DNA of 62,623 bases, filler included, from Phoronis australis (Eukaryota > Animalia > Phoronida), in assembly GCA_002633005.1 (NCBI GenBank). It is 9 parts of 9 records of this genome, joined end to end, with 100 filler letters (N's around TTAATTAATTAA, not from the genome) between each part and the next. Parts side by side here need not be neighbours in the genome. Positions count along the whole stretch, not along the records: positions 1 to 8,587 come from NMRA01001527.1; positions 8,688 to 13,696 come from NMRA01001054.1; 7 more parts are not named here. One strand, 5' to 3'. A model generated the notes under the pieces. It did no database searches. It was not told the DNA's origin and saw only the letters and a program-made list of their open reading frames with translations. Made by a program: the position numbers and the translations under genes. Shown here one piece after another: positions 1-10,651 of the stretch. How positions within the stretch are numbered: position 1 is the first letter of the stretch; every line of letters begins with the position of its first letter.

Positions 1-368
1 AAGAAGAATAAGAATAAAATTGAAGAAAACCCAGGAACAACAGTACTCTGCGCTTACACGCGCAGAGTAATAAGAAGAATAAGAATAAGAATAAAATTGA
101 AGAAAACCCAGGAACAACAGTACTCTGCGCTTACACGCGCAGAGTAATAAAATTGAAAAAAAAACCCAGGAACAACAGTACTCTGCCCTTACACGCGCAG
201 AGTAATAAGAATAAGAATAAGAATAAGAATAAGAATAAAATTGAAGAAAACCCAGGAACATCAGTACTCTGCGCTTACACGCGCAGAGTAATAAGAAGAA
301 TAAGAATAACAATAAAATTGAAGAAAACCCAGGAACAACAGTACTCTGCGCTTACACACGCAGACTAA
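1..368 (-). repeat. Five stacked terminal modules of Helentron/HINE family A separated by (AAGAAT)n
   Basis: A ~57-bp unit taaaattgaagaaaacccaggaacaacagtactctgcgcttacacgcgcagagtaa occurs 5 times. It has an internal inverted repeat ACTCTGCGC/GCGCAGAGT, and the same ACTCTGCGC motif lies next to the terminal hairpin at 6447. Confidence 0.75.
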
Positions 369-399
369 CAAGATCTATACACACTAGTCAGCAATACAC

Positions 400-1100
400 A
401 AGCGGTTCCAATTTTTAGATGCGTACATGTAGAAAACAAATTTCACAGCTGAGGCATCAGGATTACATAACAGGCTATGAAATGTCAACAACGAGGGACT
501 TGTCCAGCGGCTTTCACTTTGAAACTAAGTTCTGATTTCGGAAAAAGCGTCGCAAACTAACAAAAAGTGATATTCATCCTCGACACAATTCCTCGAGCAT
601 AATGTACACAATCTGTCTTGATATATCACATTTACATGACGACCAGTTTTTACAGACAATCTTTGGTTTGCACATCGAAAACGCGTAAAACTTTGCCGAA
701 ACACTCGTGGAAGATTATCAATTTCTAAATAGTTTTGAGGTTCAAATACAACCTTAAAACTTTAAATTTGTGAATAGTTTAACTTAGAATTGGAATCAAC
801 ATCGGACTGCCACCTTTGCAAAGCACAGTCCTTAACACGTTGTCTGAAAATATTTACAAACGACTCTTGACACGCGACTCCTTGGTTTACCCAAACATCA
901 TAGAAACCATACATTGACAATAAATTGCGGACTGAGCTTGCCCAATTATACATATGTTTGCCATTTTCATTTAGTCTGTTCAACATTTTCATTTAGTCTG
1001 TTCAACATGTTGTAAGCGACCCTTGGACTACGTATTTAATACAGGTAACAAGTATTTCGTAAACATAGGGTATCTGCCACATTCATCCAATAGTGCAAGA
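400..1100 (-). mobile_element. Degraded non-LTR retrotransposon ORF2 C-terminus (RTE-X-like)
   Basis: NWASSVRNLLSMYGFYDVWVNQGV...FRQRVKD...W followed, after a frameshift, by FTRFRCANQRLSVKTGRH...RLCTLC...VEDEYHFLLVC (C-terminal CCHC-type knuckle). Clade assignment is from recalled motif similarity. Confidence 0.7.
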
Positions 1101-2291
1101 ACTGTCCAAATTTTAATGCACGATCTCTACTTGCTATATATTGATCGCAGAATTGATAACATATTACCATGATCATTAATTGCATAAGTCTATGAAAAAT
1201 TAAAATGTATATTACTCGATCAAAAGGTTTTTAATATCTGTATTTTGAAAAGTTTGACAGCTAGACATTGTGATTTCTAACAGCGTGGAATCTCTAGTAC
1301 ATTTTCTGGCTTAATGCTTTAAACAGACAGGTGTCTAAGGTTTATAGAATTAATTTACAAAAAGGTCGTGTTTTTGGAAAAAAATCTGCGAAAAGCCTGC
1401 TACTCCCAACAAGTGGGTCCCTTTTTGAGTTCGCTGTCTAAATTAGTGGGCATTACCCCAATACTAGACTATTTATTAAGCTAGATCTTAGGGCCCACGA
1501 GGAACATCTCGGGTATTTTTGTAGCCTCAAGTTGCCCCTTGGAGCATCCAGAACACCTCGGGTATTTTTAGCCCCAAAATGTGTAACTTCTCATTGATTA
1601 TTTGATGTTCACACACACCCAAATACATAATTAGTATTATTTTAAACTTTCACTAGTTTACATTAGTCATCAAACGAGACTACGAAATGCACGAAGCTCG
1701 AGACTACGAAACATACGAAGACTAGGACGTTACGGCATTCATTTATTACGCCACGTATGAGCTCTTTCGAAAAATATTTGAATAATTTGTTCAACTGCTT
1801 GTTTCCGGAGCTACTGAAATCCTTTTTGAAGTTACCTTGAGTGAAACCAAAAGTTAATCAAGTGCACACTACAAATCGCCTGTACACGAAGTGGAGACAG
1901 TCATGACGTTGCCTGCTTAGCCTCGCTTCGAATTTTACATGAATATGAATGAGATCGTTCAAAGAATGTCCTTTTGGGCCGTATAACTTGCAGCTGAATT
2001 TAAAACGCCAGTTCCGTCTTCATGGCCAAGGAACCTCAGTTTGAGGGTTCCCAACAGTTGAGTTTCATTAATCATACTTCCCAGGTAGACCAATGATTTA
2101 ACATTATTGCCAAACCCACTGTAAATAAATTGTTCAGGAAATTTAACTCAAATCGATTTCATTCAACTAACACAAATGTACAGGCTATCTGTGGTAGGGG
2201 CTCATTAATCGATTTCTCGGCTTGGCCTTCGTTCTCTTATTTAAATCCTCGATTGATTCGCAGGCACAGAAAAGGTTAAGTCGCCACCGAG

Positions 2292-3206
2292 ATGAGTCCG
2301 TTAAATGCCATGAGAATTTTGACGGTGATGATTTGTGCGGAATGTGTAGACCTACTTAGCTCCCAACAAAACATGCGACACTCCTGGTTCTCGAAACAAA
2401 CAGACGTTGTCGTGAGAGCGGCCAGTCAGACTATTGCGAAGAAGTTTGTGTCGCAGTGTGCGCAAGTGTGCTTACGTGACGTGGAGTGTACTGCTTTTTC
2501 AGTAGAAGAGGGCACAGACTCGGTCATCTGCAACTTAACTACGTCATGTGACCTTGTTCTAGGTACACAACAAAAAGGCTCCCATCTTTATGAGAAAGAA
2601 GTATCAGTTCCGCAATTTGGTTTCAAATGGATTCACACACAACCGAAAACTGGATTGTTTTGGATCTCATCCGGGCAGTCTGGAGTGTGGGCGACACATA
2701 CAGACGGTTCCATCTGGTACAAAAGTGGCACGTACAGAGCGAGCGGAACCAACCCATCGGCGGGAGGTGATTGGGTGCAGATATCAGGCGGCTTAACATA
2801 CATCTCATCCGGGACAGACGTGGTTTGGGCAACGAACAGTGGAGGTACTATCTACTATAGGTCGTCAGTAAGTGCAAACCAACCAACTGGAAGTAGTTGG
2901 CCGTCAGTCAGTGGTGGTTTGAGACAAATAAGTGTTTCCTCCTACTCAAATGAAGTATGGTCTGTAAACAGCGGACAAAATCTTTACCGGCGGCTTGGCT
3001 CATCGTTGACATCTTTTGGAAGTGGCTGGACTTACATTGAAGCTAATTTTGCCCATGTGTCAGTGGGAAAAGCAGGCGTTTGGGCCGTGAGATCAACAGG
3101 AGAACTGGTCTACAGGAAAGGAACTTATCAGACACCAGGGACGACTGGGAGCGGCTGGGAGACGGTACATTGCCCATACGCTGTCAATCGAATAAGTGTT
3201 GGCGAT
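2292..3206 (+). CDS. PAN/apple-domain + tectonin (tachylectin-1-like) beta-propeller lectin, 3' end lost in N gap
   Basis: 305 readable codons without a stop. Hydrophobic N-terminus, then a PAN/apple-like Cys pattern (QCAQVCLRDVECTAFS...ICNL), then tectonin repeats W-x-x-I-x-G-x-L-x-x-IS-x-G...VWA-x-N-x-x-G-x-I-Y-x-R (four complete, fifth broken by the gap at 3207). Possible splice acceptor (ttcgcag) just upstream at ~2262. Confidence 0.8.
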
Positions 3207-4276
3207 NNNNNNNNNNNNNNNNNNNNNNNNNNNNNNNNNNNNNNNNNNNNNNNNNNNNNNNNNNNNNNNNNNNNNNNNNNNNNNNNNNNNNNNNNNNNNN
3301 NNNNNNNNNNNNNNNNNNNNNNNNNNNNNNNNNNNNNNNNNNNNNNNNNNNNNNNNNNNNNNNNNNNNNNNNNNNNNNNNNNNNNNNNNNNNNNNNNNNN
3401 NNNNNNNNNNNNNNNNNNNNNNNNNNNNNNNNNNNNNNNNNNNNNNNNNNNNNNNNNNNNNNNNNNNNNNNNNNNNNNNNNNNNNNNNNNNNNNNNNNNN
3501 NNNNNNNNNNNNNNNNNNNNNNNNNNNNNNNNNNNNNNNNNNNNNNNNNNNNNNNNNNNNNNNNNNNNNNNNNNNNNNNNNNNNNNNNNNNNNNNNNNNN
3601 NNNNNNNNNNNNNNNNNNNNNNNNNNNNNNNNNNNNNNNNNNNNNNNNNNNNNNNNNNNNNNNNNNNNNNNNNNNNNNNNNNNNNNNNNNNNNNNNNNNN
3701 NNNNNNNNNNNNNNNNNNNNNNNNNNNNNNNNNNNNNNNNNNNNNNNNNNNNNNNNNNNNNNNNNNNNNNNNNNNNNNNNNNNNNNNNNNNNNNNNNNNN
3801 NNNNNNNNNNNNNNNNNNNNNNNNNNNNNNNNNNNNNNNNNNNNNNNNNNNNNNNNNNNNNNNNNNNNNNNNNNNNNNNNNNNNNNNNNNNNNNNNNNNN
3901 NNNNNNNNNNNNNNNNNNNNNNNNNNNNNNNNNNNNNNNNNGCGTGTTCACAATGACCAACATTAAAAATGGAGAAAAACAAGTGTATAGTTGACCATCT
4001 TATCGGTAAGTTTGCCTTACCGAAGTTGTGTAATGGACTAACATCTGGAAATCTGATAATAAGTGCGCAAGAGAAAACAAATATATTCCGACGTTTCGGT
4101 TTACAACTTTGATTAAACGAGACGTCGCAAATATGTTAGTTTTCTCTTGCACACTCATGACCAGATTCCTATAACTGTTATGAAACCAAAACCCAGATTG
4201 GAAACATCTAGAATAATATCTAGGTGGCATCTTATTTTGCCAGCGACTAGATAGCTCACGTCAATAGCACGGTATA

Positions 4277-5290
4277 ACAGGAACAACGCGAGTGTTGAAA
4301 TGTGCGCACGAATGCACCGCAAGGGTATGTGCTTCCAGGGTGTTTATATGTATAAAATTGCAGTTAGATGGACCAGAATACATTGAACCCATCCAAAAAT
4401 GGGAAGGTGTCTTAACCTCTCAAAATTATTTGCGATATGTCATGAAAATCTGTCAAAGAACTCCGAAGATACAAAGGCAAACGTAAAAAAGCAAACTGCC
4501 ATTTGGAACCAAGCAGTAGTCGAATCCATCCACCTGCTTTCAAATTAAGAGGAATACAATTGCAAAATTTTTTAGTCATTTTGCAAGGGGTTGAGGAGAT
4601 ACAGCCTTTGATGCGAAAAAATGTCACTAGGAGGCACCACAGTAATTGGACATGTTCGAAAATCAAAGCCAGTCTTGCTCTTGTCAGTAAGAACAGATTT
4701 GTCTATTTTCATGATGATCTTCTGCGTGGTTTGGCAGATTCATAAGCAGAAGACAAACAAGAACAAAAACAAAAAACAGAAACAAAAAACAGACTTAAAT
4801 TAATTAAAATGGCCACCATTGATGCAGATTACGTCGCATTCATCACAAAAAGGGAGATACGCTGTCGTCTTCATGTCACAACATTGTTTCCCCAATTTCA
4901 CGGGAAAGCATCAAGAAAGACCTCTGAATTTAGCCTACAGAGATAAAAGTAAAAAATAAAATTGCCAGTAGGGTGCACAGCTGGAGTTGGATTGGTCTGA
5001 AACTGGCCGCGATCAGTTGCCATCTCCGTAGGAGCACATCTGCTTAAGTTCGCAAAAAATGAAATTGCCACAGGGGGGGTGGAGGGTGGCAGAGTAGTTG
5101 AACACGCCCGACGTCCGAAAATCAACGTCAGTCTTCGTCTTCTCATCAGGGACACATCTACGATTTTTTGTAATGATCCTTCACGCGATTTGATGGATGG
5201 AGAGGGTTATGTCAAAAACGTACTCAAAAATTTTTTAACATGGCTACAGAGTGGCACAGAATACATCAAACCCGTCCGAAAATGAGACGA
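4277..5290 (-). mobile_element. Old copy of Helentron/HINE family B (3' end plus tandem array)
   Basis: The reverse complement of 4277-4320 matches the family-B 3' end at 41935-41978. Internal units carry cactaggaggcacc and catgaaaat motifs. Confidence 0.65.
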
Positions 5291-5519
5291 ATAAGTACCA
5301 TGTATTTAGTTTTGGTGACATTCAAGGACAATTTGTTGTTTGATAACCAAGTGAATATAATCTGACACTTTAGTGTACAGACAGACGTCACCAGCAGATA
5401 CAACGGTCTCAAGGGAAGTGGATTTGTGGAGGCCATTTACGTTAAAACGAAAAAGGAGCGGGGCCAATAATTGATCTTTCGTGCAAAGCTGTGACCACAG
5501 TTGATTTTGGTAGGGTGAA

Positions 5520-6040
5520 TTGTCAAATAAAACATATTATTGTCGATTGGTTAAACAACTTTTGGAAGAGTAAATACTAGACTCCAGTTTACCTAACAAG
5601 ATATCATGGTTTATTCTGCCAAAGGCCTTAGAAAGATCTAAAAAGATGGCTGTTGAGTTTATCCTCTTGTGTGAGTTAGTTCAAGTGTTACAAACTCTGT
5701 TGATCATAATTTCTGAAAACCATATTGTTGTTCAGATAAGAGATTGTTTGTAGTAAAATAGCCATGAGGCTGGTCATGGGCATTGTTTTCAAATAATTTT
5801 AGTTGACAAGAAGTAGAGAGATAAGCATGCAGTTGTTAATTTTGTATTCATCTAAGTCATATCGTTTGTGCATAGGCACAACTTTTGGCAATTTTCAAAT
5901 CAGTTGTCAAAACATTGATTGATGATTATTGTGGATGGTTTGATAATGACCCGAGTCAATTTCGTGAAGTTGATGGAAATGTTGTCAAATCTTGTGGTAG
6001 ATTTCGATTTGATATTGCCTAAGAACTTCAAAACATTGGG
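5520..6040 (-). pseudogene. Degraded CR1/L2-type LINE reverse transcriptase fragment
   Basis: Minus-strand pieces with stops and frameshifts: IKSKSTTRFDNIS...IIKPSTIIINQ, YFTTNNLLSEQQYGFQ, AIFLDLSKAFGRINHDILLGKLE, LTNRQ. Confidence 0.8.
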
Positions 6041-6409
6041 ACTAAGGATAGGGTTGGATGACCTCTTCAAACCCTTCACTCTCCCTAGGCATTCAATGTC
6101 CCCTCCTTAAGAGTTTCCCATGGAGACACTTCCATAGAAGGCGTGTGCAAGACATAGCGCACAGGTGGATGACTTTTCACCGTCAGTTTCCTTACAAAAG
6201 GGTGTATTTTCAGTCGCACCACAAAATTCTGTAAATGGTGCCTTCCGCATTTTTCAATGAAGTTAAAACTCCATCCAACAGATTCAATTTGGGAGTCAAA
6301 AAACTCCGCATAGAACATATTTTCCTACTATGAAAACCTACAGACAAGTCTTTCTTCTTCTTCTTTGTTCGTATACATGGCCATCGGCCCAAAGTACAAC
6401 AAACAAACA

Positions 6410-8587
6410 AACTAGAAAGATTATTGTCACGGCGTGACAATAACGGACTCTGCGCGCGCGTATTACTGGAATTATTATGGGAAGTTACTGACAGCAACCC
6501 GTTTACCAATATGAAAAGGAGTTCTTTAAAATTGTAGGAGAAATTACATATTAATTTTTGGATGACCTTTCCACTAATTGACCTTTTCCGGTGCATTATG
6601 AGCCCCGATGAGGGAGTAATTGTTAACTCGATTAAAAGTGTGGTTAATGATAATAATCACAGATGTTTTACTTTAAGCACTTCAGAATACAAGATGACCG
6701 AAGTGGTCAAACTTTCAGAAGAAAAATGCACCTAATGACCCCATGGATGCACCAAATCACCTGAAAATTTATAATTCAAACTCAATTGCACTTAGTAAAC
6801 AGATACGTAATTCTGAAGTCTCTAGCTCAAAATTTTAGTTTGCACTCAATGACCTTTGACCTATTTTTTCTGATTGGTTAGGCCTATTGCAAAGTAAAGT
6901 AGGGTATTCAATTAGCATGTTGACTTACACCAGTGTGCTGAAATTGAAAAGAATTCCTTGAAAAACGTAAGAGACATAACATTTTGAACGTTACATGACC
7001 TTTGCACTAATTGACCTTATCTGGTGCATTTTAAGCATCTTTAGGAGAAGTATTGCAAAGCCTATGGAAAATGTGTTTAACGCTGAGAATCATAGTTGTC
7101 TAACGGTTGACACATCAGAATACTTGCTGATTGAAAAAGGTCAAATTTTCAGAAGAAAAATGCACTTAATGACCCCATGTTTGCACTAAATGACCTGAAA
7201 CTTTGGATTCCGATTTGATTTACCTGTGGCAATCAGACCTGTCAATTTGATGTGTCTAGCTCAAAATTTTAGTTTGCACCTAATGACCTTTGACCTATTT
7301 CACCTGATTGGATGACCCGATTACTTAGAAAAAGTAATTTTTTAAATTTTCATGTTGAATTATACCCGTGCACCGAATTTGAAAAAGATAGCTTTAAAAC
7401 TGAAGGAGGAGTAGCATTTTGAAAATTATTTGACCTTTGCACCAAATGACCACTTTCGGTGCAATATGGAATATGAATATATAACCAATCAACTTTTATG
7501 TACTGTCAAAAGTCATATGCTGAATTTAAAGACCGTACCTGCACCCAATTTAGAGTTATTAAGCCTCAAAGTTGGTCGGAAGAAGAATAAGAAGAATAAG
7601 AAGAATAAGAAGAATAAGAACTAGAAAGATTATTGTCACGGCGTGACAATAATGGACTCTGCGCGTGCGTATTAAAGGANTAAAGACCGTACCTGCACCC
7701 AATTTGGAGTTATTAAGCCTCAAAGTTGGTCGGAAGAAGAATAAGAAGAATAAGAACTAGAAAGATTATTGTCACGGCGTGACAATAATGGACTCTGCGC
7801 GTGCGTATTAAAGGAATTGGTATGGGAAGTTACTGAGAGCAACCCCGTTTACCAAATTATGAAAAGAAATTCTTTAAAATTGTAGGAGTAATTACATGCT
7901 AATGTTTTGATGACCTTTCCACTAACTAACCTCTTCTGGTGCATTATGAACCCCAGTGAGGGAATATTTGTGCAACCAATTTAAAGTATAGTTAATGCTA
8001 AGAATCACAGATGTTTTGCTTTAAGCACTTAAGAATACAACATGAAGTAATTGGTCAAACTTTCAGAAGAAAAATGCACCTAATGACCCCATGGATGCAC
8101 CAAATGACCCAAAAATTTAGAATTCAAACTCAATCGCGTTTAGTAAACAGATATATAATTTTGAAGTCTCTAGCTCAAAATTTTAATTTTACACTCAATG
8201 ACCTTTGACCTATTTTTTCTGATTGGTTAGGCCTATTGCGTAGTTAAGTAGGTTGTTCAATTGGCATGTTGAGATACGCTAGTGTGCTGAAATTGAAATG
8301 AATTCCTTGAAAAACGTAAGAGATGTAACTTTTTGAACGTTAACTGACCTTTGCACTAATTGACCCTATCCGGTGCATTATAAGCGTCTTTAGGAGAATT
8401 ATTGCAAAGCCCATGGAAAATGTGTGTAATGATGAGAATCACAGTTGTCTAACGGTTGACACATCAGTGTACTTGGAGAATGAAAAGGTCAAATTTTCAG
8501 AAGAAAAATGCACCTAATGACCCCATGTTTGCACTAAATGACCTGAAACTTTGGATTCCAAATTGAATTATCTGTGCCAATCAGAAC
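6410..8587 (-). mobile_element. Two joined copies of non-autonomous Helentron/HINE family A with internal ~435-bp higher-order tandem repeat
   Basis: On the minus strand each copy ends in subTIR GCGCAGAGT, hairpin TTATTGTCAC-gcc-GTGACAATAA and CTAGT (6411-6456; again at 7620/7756). Marker ttcagaagaaaaatgcac recurs at ~6713, 7148, 8062 and 8496. (AAGAATAAG)n microsatellite at 7580-7619. Confidence 0.75.
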
Positions 8588-8687
8588 NNNNNNNNNNNNN
8601 NNNNNNNNNNNNNNNNNNNNNNNNNNNNNNNTTAATTAATTAANNNNNNNNNNNNNNNNNNNNNNNNNNNNNNNNNNNNNNNNNNNN
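8588..8687. other. Artificial 100-nt assembly spacer N44-TTAATTAATTAA-N44 (also 13697, 19163, 24926, 34759, 44661, 47622, 58968)
   Basis: Identical 12-mer giving stops in all six frames, centred in a fixed-length N run, eight times. Confidence 0.97.
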
Positions 8688-9030
8688 CAAAATTTTTGAT
8701 GGTTTCTCCCTCCATTTGTTTTCTGCTGTGGAATTTGTAACGTTCATATGTAACATTTTTTCTTGGTGAACAAAATTCTTCAAACTTGGTCAGGAAAATA
8801 TCCAAGTTTTTGGAGGCCTCTTCATTTTCAAAACGGATAGTGTTATACAACGCCAATGCGTCGTCTCCAACGCAATGTAAAAATGGCGCCACCTTCCGTT
8901 CTTCGGAGAAATCAGTGGCCCCACTCGCCACGAGATACACTTCAAACTTTTGCCGAAATCTCCTCCAGTTTTCAGAGAAATTGACTGAATTGAGGTCTAG
9001 ATCTTCGCTAGGAGGCTTAATGAGTTCCAT
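8688..9030 (-). mobile_element. Ty3/Gypsy (Mag-like) gag N-terminus
   Basis: MELIKPPSEDLDLNSVNFSENWRRFRQKFEVYLVASGA...LHCVGDDALALYNT...KFEEFCSPRKNVTYERYKFHSRKQMEGETI. Primer-binding site TGGTGGCAGC (9054-9045) lies directly after the LTR end. Truncated by a spacer. Confidence 0.88.
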
Positions 9031-9054
9031 CGTGTAGTTAAAAAGCTGCCACCA

Positions 9055-10651
9055 TGTAGAATAATGGGAATAAACTAGGTTTATTGCATAGGCGGATTTA
9101 GGGGGTGCCCAGGGGGCCCGCCCCCCCCCCCTTGGCAGCGGCAAAAAAATAAAACAGTAAGAGCGTAGGGAAATGGTGAGTTTATTAATTAACCCTGGTA
9201 ATTAAAATTATACGGATGAAAAAAGATTTAAATATGTGCAGTTTTAGTGTTGGGGGGGGGGCTCAAATCCAATTTCAAGTGTCAAATTCGGAACACGGCG
9301 CGTTCGTAACGGCTAAGTATAGAATCTCCCGCGATATCCTAGGCGACCGGCAGCGGCGCTGTGCACTACGACTCCGTTTCTGTCGTCTGCTCCACTGTGC
9401 AATTAAGAAAATTTACTTCATTTTTAAAGAAAATGGAACCTGAGTGACGATGAAAAACAGAAGCTGTTGGTAAGAGGTGAATTTTAATCGAAGCCTTAGT
9501 GAATCGCTCAGAAACTCGCAATATTCTCTTTGTCAAACCTTATCTTAAGACGGTTTCCAAAGCAATCCCTTCATTACTGCCAACACGAAAAATGGATTTG
9601 GTCTTTTGGGCATTTGAAGACTATTTCAAATACGACAAATTTATTAAGAATTGATGGCACAAAATATAAAACGTGTAATAATCATTACAAAAAGAAGTAG
9701 GTTTCGCGCGCAAACGCTGTGGCCCATAAACAAGTAAGTCTTTTAGTATGAAAGTTGTAGCCAAATCGTGGTGGTGTAGTGGTAACGTACGCGCGCTCTG
9801 TCCGCCAGGTCGTGAGTTCAAGTCTCTGATACTTGCATTTCTTTTCCTGTTTGACACGTTCTCCGTGTTTTTTTGCCTTTTTTCTTGGATAATACTTCAG
9901 GAATCAAGGAAAATGCTTGATGTTTAGAGGTAAAAACAGAAAAATTTCCTGGGCGGGAGGGTTTGCCCCCCTCCCGACCTCCCCCCATTCGGTGCTATGC
10001 GCATCTACATTCGTGGTTCAGTTTGCGCAAATGCTTCCAACCGGACAAAATGTTGGGCCCCCCCNNNNNNNNNNNNNNNNNNNNNNNNNNNNNNNNNNNN
10101 NNNNNNNNNNNNNNNNNNNNNNNNNNNNNNNNNNNNNNNNNNNNNNNNNNNNNNNNNNNNNNNNNNNNNNNNNNNNNNNNNNNNNNNNNNNNNNNNNNNN
10201 NNNNNNNNNNNNNNNNNNNNNNNNNNNNNNNNNNNNNNNNNNNNNNNNNNNNNNNNNNNNNNNNNNNNNNNNNNNNNNNNNNNNNNNNNNNNNNNNNNNN
10301 NNNNNNNNNNNNNNNNNNNNNNNNNNNNNNNNNNNNNNNNNNNNNNNNNNNNNNNNNNNNNNNNNNNNNNNNNNNNNTCAAGGAAAATGCTTGATGTTTA
10401 GAGGTAAAAACAGAAAAATTTCCTGGGCGGGAGGGTTTGCCCCCCTCCCGACCTCCCCCCATTCGGTGCTATGCGCATCTACATTCGTGGTTCAGTTTGC
10501 GCAACTGCTTCCAACCGGACAAAATGTTGCCCCCCCCCCCTTGTGATATCTTAGATCCGCCACTGTATTGGGAACACTGAAACTACGTCGATCTACAATC
10601 GTAAGATGGTCGTCCGTGTGTGTCCGTAATAACAAAGTCACTTATACTACA
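9055..10651 (-). mobile_element. Short (~113 bp net) Gypsy 5' LTR interrupted by a MITE
   Basis: TGTAG at 9055 and CTACA at 10651. AATAAA on the minus strand at 9080-9085. Removing 9087-10570 restores a contiguous LTR. Confidence 0.7.
9087..10565 (+). mobile_element. hAT-like MITE with 5-bp TSD, copy 1
   Basis: Termini CATAGGCGGATTTAG...CTTAGATCCGCCACTG, TSD TATTG on both sides. Interior matches the inverted copy at 55541-56417. Confidence 0.85.

Noticed and set aside
1-368. CRISPR-like repeat/spacer array with palindromic repeats
   Set aside because: The spacers are just (AAGAAT)n of 0-30 nt, the context is eukaryotic with no cas genes, and the unit shares its inverted repeat with Helentron family A.
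3080-3994. Long ORFs spanning N runs (also 9917-10546, 21032-21994, 56016-56449)
   Set aside because: Their length comes from X codons in gaps; there is no coding evidence.
7527-7815. Tandem duplication around a single N at 7680
   Set aside because: Near-identical sequence on both sides of a contig join is most simply an unmerged overlap or two haplotypes.
9904-10540. 160-bp direct repeat flanking the 10065-10377 gap
   Set aside because: The sister MITE at 55541 has this segment once, so it is likely an assembly overlap at a poly-C run.
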